A stretch of 61,775 nt of DNA, filler included, from Choristocarpus tenellus KU-1152 (Eukaryota; Protista; Phaeophyceae): assembly GCA_964200185.2 (NCBI GenBank). It is 12 parts of 12 records of this genome, joined end to end, with 100 filler letters (N's around TTAATTAATTAA, not from the genome) between each part and the next. Parts side by side here need not be neighbours in the genome. Positions count along the whole stretch, not along the records: positions 23,203 to 28,102 come from CAXNAD020012605.1; positions 28,203 to 33,964 come from CAXNAD020009811.1; positions 34,065 to 41,193 come from CAXNAD020006646.1; 9 more parts are not named here. The stretch is one strand, 5' to 3'. Positions 26,451 to 38,865 of the stretch are shown piece by piece (position 1 is the first letter of the stretch; every line of letters begins with the position of its first letter). The position numbers were made by a program, and so were the translations under genes. The notes under the pieces were generated by a model that saw only the letters and a program-made list of their open reading frames with translations, did not search any database and was not told where the DNA came from.

Positions 26451-28376
26451 AATTAACCCATGGATTTCAACAATGATCAACAAATCCCCTCATTACCTTT
26501 GAGAATGGATCCCCAAAAGTCGTAAGGCACAGTCAAGATCAATATATGTCTGACCAGATAAGAGTATATACTTCTATTAAAAAAAACATATAAATCCAAC
26601 TAGTCCCAAAACAGGACAACAAATATCCTTATTTTCCTTGGGAAAATCTATCCCAAGGGTCACAGAATACCATCAGATTCAGATTTTCCCTGGCCTAGTC
26701 TGAGTATACATTTGCTCTTTCTCAAACCCTCTAACATGGCATAAAATGAATGGGTCCCCAGTCCCGATATCTCTAATCACAAATGTGATTAATTTATCCA
26801 TGTTCCCTTCAAGGTGTCCGTAAGGTCACACAATACAATTTCCGTCAAATTGTGTCTGGCCTAATCTTAGTATACCCTTGTTTCTTCTGAACTGGACCTT
26901 CAAAAGTTAAAAACTTCATAGCTCTGATTAGGCCTATAATCCACACACCTTCCGCTCCAATCTTCCCAGCTATAGATGCAAGTGCTATTAGGGATTAGAC
27001 TTACTCGACGGGATTCATGACCTACTCAACGTCTGATTATTGGTTGTCTGATGCTCCCAAGCACAAAGCATACTCAAGGCTGCTAGTGCGCAAAACAGGC
27101 AATGGCATTTTTTAAAATTAAAAAATAGATAAAGAAGGACCAATGAGAGCAAGAAGTAATAGTAATAATAAATAAAAGAGAAAAAAGAATAAAACTAAAA
27201 GGAATAGTAAATAGAAAGGAAAGAAAAATAATATTGTATGATGAGGGTAACCAAGTGGAAACTGAATAAACAATAAAATAAAATAAAACAAGGAAGAACA
27301 AGAAAAGGAAGAAAGAAAAAGGAAAGAAAAGTAAATAAGGAGAGTAACAACTATGAAAAAGATGAGATTAAAATCAAGGGATGATGGGATGAGAACTAAA
27401 AACAAATAAATAAACATTAGAAGAATAGAAGTGAGATAAAGAAGATATCTATATATATATATAAAATAGAAAATTCAAGATCGCAGAGAGCTGTAACAAC
27501 AGAGAAAAGAGGAAAAAAAAGAAAAAAAAAAAGAAAAAAAGTAATGAGTTCAGTGTATATATTTTCTAAGAACTTCAGCCTATACAACCCCTATATATAT
27601 ATTACTGTATGCTCTAATGTGGGCAGCTTCTTCATTTGAACTTCTGCTGTCTCATGTTCCTTTCAGTGGCTATGATTATCATTGCTTTAATCTCTTGTTC
27701 TAGCATATACCGGCTGAACCTCACCTTGTCCTTCAGGCATACACTTCTTACCTGCTGGGAGGTTTTCTGGAGGAGGCACTCATCTCTCTCCTGCTGAATT
27801 CCTCCTTACCTCCATCCTTCAACCATACCCTCCACTGGAGTGACTTAAACTCAAAAACTGGACCCTGTCCTACCGGTCTCTTTCGCTCTCATTCTTCCAC
27901 AATTTTTGACACTAGTACCTATAGGAAAGAGACGTAACGCATCCTCTTGGGGCAAGAGTTGTTCTTGGGTGGGAGCATTAGTTGGGCATGGTCTTGTGTT
28001 CGGGTTGTGAAGTCCTAGAAGGCATGATAAACATCCAACTGCAGTAAGATAAAGCTGGGTCAAAGTATCTGAGGGGGGGGTGTCGGCGTCCGTTTTTCAC
28101 CCNNNNNNNNNNNNNNNNNNNNNNNNNNNNNNNNNNNNNNNNNNNNTTAATTAATTAANNNNNNNNNNNNNNNNNNNNNNNNNNNNNNNNNNNNNNNNNN
28201 NNCCCCCCCAGACCAACCCATGACCCCCCTGCCCCCCAAAACCACTTCCCATGTGGTCGCATCTCACCGACCGATACTACAATATATACATACAATTTGT
28301 ATACGCTATACGCTATGGATCAAACAGTATTAATACAACACAACAATAGACAATAGACACTACTCTGTGCATGCAC

Positions 28377-31300
28377 CTTAGGTCCGCTGCCGGCTGAAAT
28401 AAACCACGGTCGGTTTCGAGGATCAACTGACAAGGGTGAAACACAGCAAGTCAAGGTGAAAGACAGGAGGGGCAAGAGTAGATGGGATGTGTCAACAATA
28501 GCATACAACAAACAGGGGAAGGGCAAAATGCAGGTGCTGTCGTGAGCAAGGGCTGGAGAGAGACATGACCATTTCTTTCTGTACTTTAACGTACTCAACG
28601 TCACCAGGGTTGTACTCAAAACCGAAGTTATAGTTTCTACCAAAAGGAAAATTATAAATAACCAAGTGCCTCCTTCTTCACCACATCACACACAGCAAAT
28701 ATATATATATATAAAGATGCCACAACAATCATGTCACCCTTTACAGACAACAACCATGCCAGCCTTTACAGACAAAAGAAAATCTTTCATAGCTACACCT
28801 TGCCTACCTTACAAACTTGTCAAAAACCCTCAACTCTGGTTACACCACCACACCACCGTCATCAAATTGAAAAAAGCCCCAAGCCAAAGCCTGATCAAGA
28901 AAAAAAAAACTAAGACACAAGACACCTCAACTTGCCCAGCTACAGAATAGCACCAACAGCAAAATTCACTGCCACAATCCACATACAATACATTCTACCA
29001 GAGCCATAGGTACAAAACTGAACACAAACAAATAAGGACATGACTGATAATGGCTCAATAAGAAATACAAGTAGATCCTCCAGGCACAGTACAGCCACAG
29101 TTTAGACCCCCATTCCTCAGTCAGTGTACATACAAAGCACATCCAAACACATCCTCTCATCCCAGTTCTCACAATCTCCGCATACATCTTGTGCATTGCC
29201 CGGGAAGTATCGAAACACGCCTGTCCAAGCCCCCCAATACCTGTTGCATTTTCATGTAGCCAACACATCTCATGAGGGTTAGGGTTGTCGTATTGAAGTT
29301 AGGTGTGCCAATAGTTACACAGATAAACACACACACACACAGACAGACACACACAGACAGACACACACAGACAGACACACACAGAAAGAGACAACACAGA
29401 GAAACAAAATATAACAGCTTCAGTCAGAAATACGTCAAACACTCCAGCACGAACGAACTGCAACAAAGTACAACCTGGTGGTAGATACACATGCCAGAGG
29501 TCAACTACCTTACCTAGAAGGGACAAAACAAGCAGTAGGCTTGTGGAAAAGGGAGAAGAAGAGACTACAATGGCAACAACTACCTTTTTCCCCTGTCAAA
29601 AAAAGACCCTCAACTGCGCCTCTCTTGACACCTAAGAGTCTATGTACATCAACCGAAAACATCTTGTCTGCAAAAGATGCGCCTAATCAAAAGAGTTGTT
29701 TTAAAATACATACAATTCATGTGTTTTGGGCACAAACAAACAAATGCATTCCCAACTACAGGATGCCAGGGCCATTCTAATCGCCTTCATAAAAAATTAT
29801 TAGCAGAGGAGAGCACGCGCCACGCTCGTTAGAGGGATGGAGAGCACTACTCACAGTGCTGATGCTCCGTAAGGAGCCCCTGCATCAAAGCCAGCCCTCA
29901 TCTGGTTGTTAAGCAGAATAGAGTAGCACATCTGCATAACAAACAAAATGAATTGGCATGCATAAATGTAACAGTGGGATAATCACCACAGCTCAAACAG
30001 CGTCAACAGGGTAAGGGTGGGAATGTGTATGCCTGTGTCGGGAGGGGGATATTTCAAGCAAGCATCAACTTCACTCAATGATTGTGTCCATCAAGTTGCA
30101 CAAAAAAAAAAATTGTAGGACATTGAACAGAAAGATCAACCCACAAGGAGAGACAAAGAGCAAGGAGTTCACATAAAATTCTGGAGCCAGTGCATAAAAT
30201 AAATCAGTCCCAAAAAAACTCAGTGAAGTCAATTCAATCGAGATGTAAGCAAGGTTGCATGAAAAACTTTCTAGCTGAGACACGCGATGAGGTAAGAGCT
30301 ACACGGGAAATTTTTCATAGACTGCATAAGGAGTGCAAGCATGGAGAAATAGCCACTAGAAAAAAAAATTAATCACAATACCAATTATTACTGATACAAA
30401 TTATTATTGATACTTAAATATTTTCTACTAATTACTATAACATTGACACCAGTTAGTATTGACACTATTATGGATAGCGATTGAACTCTTTGATCAAGTG
30501 AATTGAAGTGATTAAATTTTTCTGATCTACAATCGTTATCAGCACTTCATTATCAGCACTTTTCACAAAATCCAACCTGGATAAAAACCATGCGAAATCG
30601 TCTAACCTGTGCCACATCAGGACATGACAATACCAGAACATGAACATTAAGATTTTACTACACAGCAGTCCAATCCACTCTGTTATCATGAATGATGATA
30701 CATGTAGAGCCCACAGGTCGAGATGGAAAGCAGAAATGATCAAATTTGGATGCTGACAAGACAACACATGCCCCTGAGAAGCTGGCCACTACTGCAGGAG
30801 AAAGACTATACGAGGCATGACAAAAAAAGATACACCCTACGAGAGAGAAATCAGTCACAAACAAGGATATCATATTCTCAGAGAACTGGATTGCATTACC
30901 TCCTCCACAAGCAAGGTCGGTGGCAACCTACTATTTGACCTGTGTGTATTTGGGGCTGAGCATGGCTATCAATCTGAGAGCTGACGATGGTCAATGAGAC
31001 CCACCTATCTCGGCCTATAGGCACCTTGTAAACAAAACTTGTGTCGCAGGAGCAAAAGCAACATTCAACTGGCACACGATACTTTAGTAAGAACTGGGCA
31101 TAACCGTGATAGAGGCAAAAGTGTGAATCCTCTTTGGGGATAGAGTCATCTTACAATCAAAATGGGAAAGGGTAGCAACATGTAACACATCAGATATTCA
31201 ATACAACTGGAAGCAGATGATACAACCGTGAACGGAGTGTGAAAGCGCCAACTGATAGAAAACGTCCGGCGCAAAGAAACATTCAACATTTTAGTTCCCC

Positions 31301-32280
31301 ACCAGCAGAAAATGAGAAGAGATTCACGGACTGCATAAGATTAGGTGCACTTGTACCACTTCATTGTGGCAAACCGACAAAGAAAAGTAATGGGATGTAC
31401 ATTAAGTAGAAAACAGATCAAAATGAACAGTATCAATTTGGGAAAGGACACCATGATACACTGGAGCTGCCGTTGCAGAGAGAAGTGCAACAAAAACCGA
31501 AGAACTCACCGTTTCAATGGCGCTTAAGTCACTAGGGCTCATGTTTTCTCCAGTTGCAACCGAGGTGGGAACACGATCCGAGGGGTTACTCATGTCACGC
31601 ACAACCCCGCCACAATCCTGTTCAAGTTATGTGTGACCAGAAGGAAAGTATTTCAAAGGATGGGTGGGGAAGTTCATTATCTTCATTTCATGGCATTTGG
31701 ATCGATTGGCTAGGACACGGAAGACTGACCAAAGGTCGCGTCGCCAAGAAAAGGCAGGAAAGGAAGACAAACTGAAAAATTGCCCAGCACGTCACTAAGC
31801 CAGCAATCAGCCCAGCAGGTGGGGATTTTAGCAGACCCTCACCCCATCCACAGTACAAATTTCGGGGAGGTCTTCTTCAGTGCACTCCCCAGTCGGGAAG
31901 CGAGACCGACACGCATCGATATGAAGATTTTTGCATTCGCTCTTCGTGATAGCACATCGCCCCTGAAAGGCGACATTGACCTGTCGAAGATGGAGATTGC
32001 ATCATTAGACAACCGAAACAGTTCTTTGTCTGTGGCATATGACACACTCGTCCCTCTCCCCAAACCAAAAGATCACTCGCTCAGTTGTAGGGATGTAACC
32101 GTTGTACGTTAAGAAGTGTATGTGGTGAGTGGACATCCTGTCACTCGAGAAAAACTCAAGAAACGAAATATCTTGGGAATGTACCGATAGACCACGTCCC
32201 ACCTCTCTTCCCAAGGCGAGTACGATATTATCTGCCGCATCCAGCGTAGCGCCAATGGTATTGGAAGCTGAGCTAGCCAT
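28377..32280 (-). CDS. alpha2delta/CACHD1-like protein, VWA_N/Cache N-terminal region (3' partial; 5' end uncertain)
   Basis: Exons 32280-32203, 31980-31843, 31617-31510, 29931-29855, 29240-29173, 28426-28377 join in frame: ...VNVAFQGRCAITKSECKNLHIDACRSRFPTGEC..|DCGGVVRDMS..AIET|MCYSILLNNQM..ASAL|YWGAWTGVFRYFPGNAQDVCGDF|DPRNRPWFISAGSGPK. This matches the YFGSxTGxxRxYP ... YDxRxRPWY ... SPK signature that precedes the VWA domain of alpha2delta subunits. Confidence 0.82.
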
Positions 32281-33099
32281 TGGCGGGCCACGATCTCAGT
32301 CACTGGACCCAACAGCTAGATCTCTGTCACAGCGTAGAGTTTGCACAACCTTGCAGTACTCTCCTCAATTTTCCCGGCTTCGCTTCGCTTTGACACCAGT
32401 ATATCCCTGCAGTCTCTACTGCTCGTTTCCTTGGTGTTCGTTGAAATGTTGAGTAATCCTGTTGAAATATCCCCTCACCCTTCCAATAAAATTCTCTTTG
32501 AGCCCAACCCCAGACCGCCTTGAGCCCAACTCCTGCCCACCCTTAGTTCACCCTTGGCCCACCCTAAGGTCACCCTAAGGTCACCCTCTGGCAATCTTTT
32601 CGAGAAAGAAATAGCGAAAGAAATAGGGAAAGACTAGAAAGCGGAGTTGACGAGTAGACACTCCGTTCACTCCATCAGTGTTGAGAACACACATTGATCA
32701 TTCATGTACTTCTCATGTTCGAAGCCTTCCTCTTTGATACAGACATTTCAAGCGTCATCACTCTTAATTAGAGCAAACTCCGATTTATCCGCCAAACATA
32801 TATAATGTGTAAGGAATATGCCGTTATTCAACTTACCCGTACGAATAGAAAATATTTTTGTATCGTGATCACTCTAATACCAGATTTTGAAAGTAGAACC
32901 AAAAGACAGGGTGAACAAAAATAATCTGAAAAGTCCCCCATCCCCATCTCCAATCTCCTAATGTCTCCAACACAAACGTCATTTGGACAATATCATATCT
33001 AAAAATATGTAAGAAGATGAAAATAATATAATATACACCGAACCAGTACCGTCTTGTGTTCCTCAACCCATAAGATGAATATTGATACTATTCTTACTA

Positions 33100-33964
33100 C
33101 AAGTGCGGGGGGTCTGGGCCTCTCCTCTATGATGCAGCTTTCGTAGGATCACTAGTGGCTACTCTCCCCACCCTCCTAGCAAGGCAGCAAGGGTCTCATG
33201 GCCAGTCCTTCTCACAGGCGGTATGTACAAGCCCTACAATACAGGCCTTAGGATCGTCCATACACACCCTCCTTTCTACAGATGTCCCCTCAAAAGACCT
33301 TGTGGAAATCATTGGCCAAGACTGGGTAACCTGGGGAGGAACAACACCGCCTGCACCTGCCCCAGAGGTACATACCCTAGCTGCCCATGACGCCAAGGAT
33401 CACAAGGAGGGCTCAACACGAGATCACACGCCTCCTCAACAAGATCCGTTTTGACTCCTTCAGGACACAACTGGCTGACCTTCCAAATGAGGCGCACCAA
33501 GGCACCAAGGGAGGGAAAGCTCCTCATTAGCCCTAGCGTGCCACCGGAGCCAGTGTGGATAAGGGGCAAACGCCTGGGCCTCGACGCAACCTCTGGAACC
33601 AGCATGCCAGATCCCCCCTCAGGAATTCAAGCTCGCAGTCAGCAGATCCCTAGGGAGAGAAAAAGCCCTATTAAACAGGTGCCCAGCGGCAGGGTGCAGG
33701 AGACAAAATTGTCGATAACAGACATGCCCGCACCTGCCCCAGGGCAGGGGGACAGGTACGACAACACACCCCCATGGTAAAACGTCTTAGCCAACTATGC
33801 AAGGGGATGGGCATCGCTTGTACTACGGAGGATGATAGCCCTTTCACAGTGGACAGGAATCTCCGCATGGATCTGGTGTTCCACGCAGGGGCACTGGCGG
33901 ACGCCGGAACAGCTCCCTACAGGGACAAAGGCCTTCTGCTAGACGTCACCTTCGCAGAGGTACA
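33100..33964 (+). mobile_element. 3' part of RLE-type non-LTR retrotransposon (CRE/NeSL-like), decayed, cut by contig end
   Basis: GGLGL motif (~33108); Cys/His knuckle remnant HARTCPRAGGQVRQH; restriction-like endonuclease motif LRMDLVF...LLLDVTFAE (33774-33964). Frameshifts present. Confidence 0.75.
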
Positions 33965-34064
33965 NNNNNNNNNNNNNNNNNNNNNNNNNNNNNNNNNNNN
34001 NNNNNNNNTTAATTAATTAANNNNNNNNNNNNNNNNNNNNNNNNNNNNNNNNNNNNNNNNNNNN

Positions 34065-34151
34065 CGTGCGACCAAATCACACTAAAAAAGTGAAAATCGA
34101 AAGAAGGGTGAAAATCCGACGCCGACACCATCCCCCCAGATACTTTGACCC
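34065..34151 (+). mobile_element. MITE right terminus at contig start
   Basis: ...CCCCCCAGATACTTTGACCC, the reverse complement of the GGGTCAAAGTATCTG terminus seen at 28057. Confidence 0.65.
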
Positions 34152-34970
34152 TAACAAGACTACTGCAATAAAAGAACTGCATGTTGTATGTAATGTTTCA
34201 AGTTGTGATTTATGATCATCTCCACTCCAAGGTATTCCCCAAAGTCTGTTCCTCTGTCATGTGAATACTACATACAGAAGGAACTACAGTTCCTTATGGT
34301 GTCATCAGCGTCAATATGCAACGTAGGGCGATGTATCACCCACAATACGCCCCTGTCTACTCCTGACTTCCGATTGGCCTTCTCTGACGTGAATGCCCTT
34401 TCTTGTCTTATCTCTCTTTTCCAACCTCTTGTGGGAGCCTTCCCACTTCCCTTTATTCCGAAGAGTCTGTCTGCTGAGTCCGCTTGTTTCACGAAGTATT
34501 ATTACCACCTGTAAAAATAACATGTGCATCTGTAGTATATACAGAGAAGGTTCACTCAATGAATGCAGACGAACTTTCTGCCAAATTGTACGAACTTTCT
34601 GCCAAATTAACATTGCAATGATCAAGTATTTCCTGCCTGAAATCTCCAGGTACCATTATTTGGAGGACTATCCAGGCTTCCACCAACTCAATTTTTAAGG
34701 TCCACACTGCAACATAACTTGCTTCACATCCTCCGTTAGTAGTGTTGGGAATATTGATTATTATGGTGTTTTTCAATGATTTCTTCCTGGTTTCTGTTCT
34801 CTGTTTGTGTAATTACCGTTGTATCTCTCTTTGATACTCGACCTTCGGGTGTATATAATATTCAGGGATCGCGATTGTGTGTCCGCTGTATGCGGTCAAT
34901 AGGAACTGTCAACAATCGCAGAAGTAGAAAGACTTTTCAACTTCATTGATCAATCAACGAAATATATGTA

Positions 34971-36710
34971 CTCCCTCTGAATATTATACATTAAAAAATA
35001 AATTTCAAAGAATTCCACAAAGAATTCTGCTCTGAAATGGTTCCGAAAGAATGTAACACAGAATGGGGGATATTCTTATCATTTCTGAATGTTTCTGCCG
35101 TAGCGTGGAACCACACAATACTTTCACAATCCCCATGGTGAGTCCCCATGGACCGTTGTCCCCAGCACGAAGGCCACCGTCTCGAGGAAAGAACTGTGAG
35201 CTGGCCGAGGAAGTTTGGACCGCACTTGCTCTGCGTTTCGGATTGGCTCTTCCTCTGGGTCGGGAGAGACTCCCAAGGGGTGTGGGGTCTAAATTGGCGA
35301 AAGGGTTTGGAGTGGGAGAGAGACACCCTAGACGGGTGTGGACTCGAGTCAGAGAACAGTTAGACAGGGGGAATACGTTCTCCCTGAAATCACAAGCACT
35401 CGCATTAATGGTATCTTACGTGTGTGTAGTAGTATATTCAATGTAACCGCCCTAGACGGGTGTGGGCTCGAGTCAGAGAACAGTTAGACAGGGGGAATAC
35501 CTTCTCCCTGAAATCACAAGCACGATCTGGACAGCTGTCAGACTTTATGCCAACGAAACAAGTGAAGATCCGGGAAATCAAAGCTAGTACTCGCACGCTG
35601 ACTATTGACCAACTTTCCGCCAAGCTCGCCAAAGCGGGCCTCGTAGTCAGCGGCACAAAGCTTCATCGCAGGCTCGAAGTCATGGGGGCAACGAGGGTTC
35701 AGCGGTGCGTCACCCCTAGCCTTTCATTTTTCACAAGAAGAACTGGGTGGACTTCATCTTCAACCAGATCTCTGGCAACCGCAAAACCTACAGGACTGGC
35801 CTCAACACCATTCATGTCGACGAGATGTGGTTCTACCTCATCTGTGAATGAGATATATGGTGTGCATGTTCCCGAGGAAGGAAAAGGTGGGCTCGACGAA
35901 GGTGCTGCACACGAGTCACATTCCTGAAGTGATGTTCATCTCTACAGTTTTGCGCCCGGATCCTTTGCATGATTTTGACGACAAGATTGGGATCTGGCAG
36001 GTTCGCGCCATGAAGGAGGCACAATGGACTACAGTGCGGCACACAAAGGGCAAGGAGTACGAGGTCGACGTCACTGTAGATGCCGAGTGGTACCTGAAGT
36101 GGCACATGGAGCAGCTGTGCCAGTGATCAAGGAAAAATGCCATGGCTGGAATAGGGGGGAGCATCCATACAGCAGGACAATGCAACCCTGCATACGGGCA
36201 AAAGCACGGTCCAGAAGCTGAACGCAGCAGGGATGGAGGAGGGATTGAACACTAAGCTCGTGACGCAGCCAACGTAGTCACCGGATCTCAACATCAATGA
36301 TTTAGGGGTTTTGCTTCTCTGAAGAACAAGGTTTGGGCGGAGTGTTCTGGCACCCTTAATGAACTTGTGGAGGGGGTTTCAACCATGTTCCACGAGTTCA
36401 ACATAGATGTACTTGAGAGGGTGTGGCAGAGTCTTTTAAAGAGGTACATCAGGTGTTAAGGGCGCTGGGGGGGAACGATTTTGAGGTAGAGCACACTGGG
36501 ACCAAAAAAGGCAGCGGGAGGGCGGGTTGACTAGATCAGTTGAAGTAGACTGAAGGCTCTGCGGTGGCCTTGGATTGGTTGGCTGATGGTGTTGAATAAA
36601 GGCGGGGCATAGTATTTGAATGCAGAATATTCAATGCAAAGGTCCGTTTTGTAATCTGAGGTCATCCCGAAGAGCTACAACTTAACGCCCTAGATTTATG
36701 GGACAGAGGG
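34971..36710 (+). mobile_element. Decayed Tc1/mariner element of the plant-type DD39D group with Stowaway-like TIRs
   Basis: TA|CTCCCTCTG left end and ATTTATGGGACAGAGGG|TA right end. Transposase motifs IHVDEMWFYL, SHIPEVMFI...RP, FDDKIGIW, IQQDNA, QPT*SPDLNINDLG, GGNDF. Confidence 0.88.
35148..36550 (+). pseudogene. Mariner-like transposase pseudogene
   Basis: Multiple frameshifts, an in-frame TAG in QPT*SPDLN, and an internal 74-bp duplication. The D, D, D catalytic residues are still recognisable. Confidence 0.85.
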
Positions 36711-38865
36711 TATGTTGTATAGATGGTCCATGTGTATGTGGATATATTTCCTGTCTTCATAAATTATTATCCATCGTCACAGCTAGCTCTACTTTTTGTT
36801 TCGGTTCAAGTACAACTACATAGTTCGACCAATTTCCTGCGATCTTCTGGTACATTAAGCTGTTGTGTTGGATGTGATTTTCAATGTTCATACTCTAGGA
36901 ATTCGTCCATCAGAAAACCTTTGAAACCTGATTAGTGTTTCTGGGTGTGAGTTGCTCACATGAGCCTTTTTTTTATTCAGATTGAAGATAATACACATTG
37001 TAGATGTGAACATCAAAAATATAGAGAAACTTGGGAGTATACAGACTTCTTCTGCATACTATTTTCCAAATGCTGGGGCATAGGGTATCCGACATTTTGC
37101 TATTGATTTCCGCACGAAACGCCGTGGAAGAAACGTTCTGTCATATTTTAAAACACGAAGGAGATTATCAAGTGAAGAATGACTTACGACACTCAAAAGA
37201 CTAGTTTTTACTATCAACATTGAAAATCACATCCAACACAACAGGTCAACGGCACAAAGAAGTTGGTAACTTCTCCCCCACTAACAATATTGAAGTGGGT
37301 GACTCTGTGTGCTTGATAGAAAACCCTCTTCCACCAGACGAATCATGAGCGCATGAGGGGGTAACAGTTGAGTTCCTCGATGACAAAAAATGGGGTGGGT
37401 AGAGCTTTCTTCTATAAATGGCCACAAGAATGAAAAACAGCGTTATCATGGTGCCAAACAAGGAAAATTCTGTAACTGTTGTAATAAAATGACTCACTTA
37501 GCAAGGAAACCATTACTGTGCATCAAGCTGATTGGATTCCTCCAGTCAACCTGAATGACAAAATGTTTTGTATTCGGACTCTCACTCAGGCTGTCGAACT
37601 AGAAATATCTACTGTTGTGGAGAAACTTGAGAGGGAGCCACAGCAGTTACTGGTAGAACTGGCAGACTGCCGTACGGCGTACTTGTGCTAGCTGACTTCC
37701 ATGAGGTACAAGCAACCCTCATCAATTGTCTTAACCCGCCATCCTGAGCACTCTGGGAGTGTGTGTTTGAGGTCTGTGCACCCGAAACGTTGCTAACCAG
37801 TCCGGTGTTCTACACACCTATTTGCGTCTTTATTTTTTTAACATAATACTGTTCTTACCCTTTTTAAAAAGTGTTCTACGAAACATGAGTCTACATGTGT
37901 GTCCATTTCATCACACACATGGATCTTTTGTATCTTGTGTTGCAGTATCTTGGTGTTTGTGCTTATGCTAGGGTACAGGTCCCCCTTTTAGGATCTCACA
38001 ACATGGATGCGGGTAATGGGTGCTGCCATATGCATTCGTGCATGCCACCTCTTGCCAATAAGGTTAGTGCAGGTGATTTGGTGTGCGTCAGACGCATGAC
38101 TGACTTGCAGTAACCCCAACATGAACAGTGGATTCAAACCAGCAAAGACCGGGATTATGTCTTCTGTTCTGACTGCAACCAACCACAGTGGAGATTGATC
38201 CATATACAGTACTCTGAAACTGTCAACATATGCTCAGCTCGCCCTCAACTCCATCTTTCACTTCCTTACTGAGTCTCATCTCTGGTGTTTCTCATCCCCA
38301 CCCACTACAGAAGAACCAGGCTGCACAGCACTTAAGGAAAACAAAATCATTGATCTTGTTGACATATTAAAGAAGACAAAACCAGAACTTGTTGAGCCAA
38401 ATTCCACACGGAATTGGGTATGTCATCTCTAAAAGAGCCATAAAAAACGCACCAACACAAAAACCATTCAAAGGAGTAGGGTATGAGGATATTATCTTTC
38501 AAGAGGACGTTCTTTCAACATGCTGAACAGAAATTTGGCAAACACAACACATCAATGCACATTCGTTAAAAAAAAACTTACTTCCATGAAGGCTGGATCT
38601 TGAGACAATCTTCTGTGAAATGGAACTACGATATTCTACAGTGCACAACACAGGTGTCAAAATAAATAAATACAGGACGCTTCATTCTCCCCATCAATCA
38701 CACAGGCGCATTTTGTAATGGATTCTAACCAATTCTTTTTGTCTGCTATGAAAATATGACCTCATCCACCTCCAGCCACATCACTTGCAGTCTGATAAAG
38801 ACACTGCTCTTCCACCATGCAACACAAACAACACTACACCTCACTGTACACCAGAATGGAACCCT

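Noticed and set aside
27083-27417. Hydrophobic membrane-protein-like ORFs
   Set aside because: They are the translation of an A/G-rich low-complexity tract on the opposite strand.
30900-31068. Two extra small exons in the Cache/VWA gene (ECCFCSC..., SNSRLPPTLLVEE)
   Set aside because: The first would need a phase-1 donor. Exon 31617-31510 joins 29931 directly in phase 0, giving a better motif.
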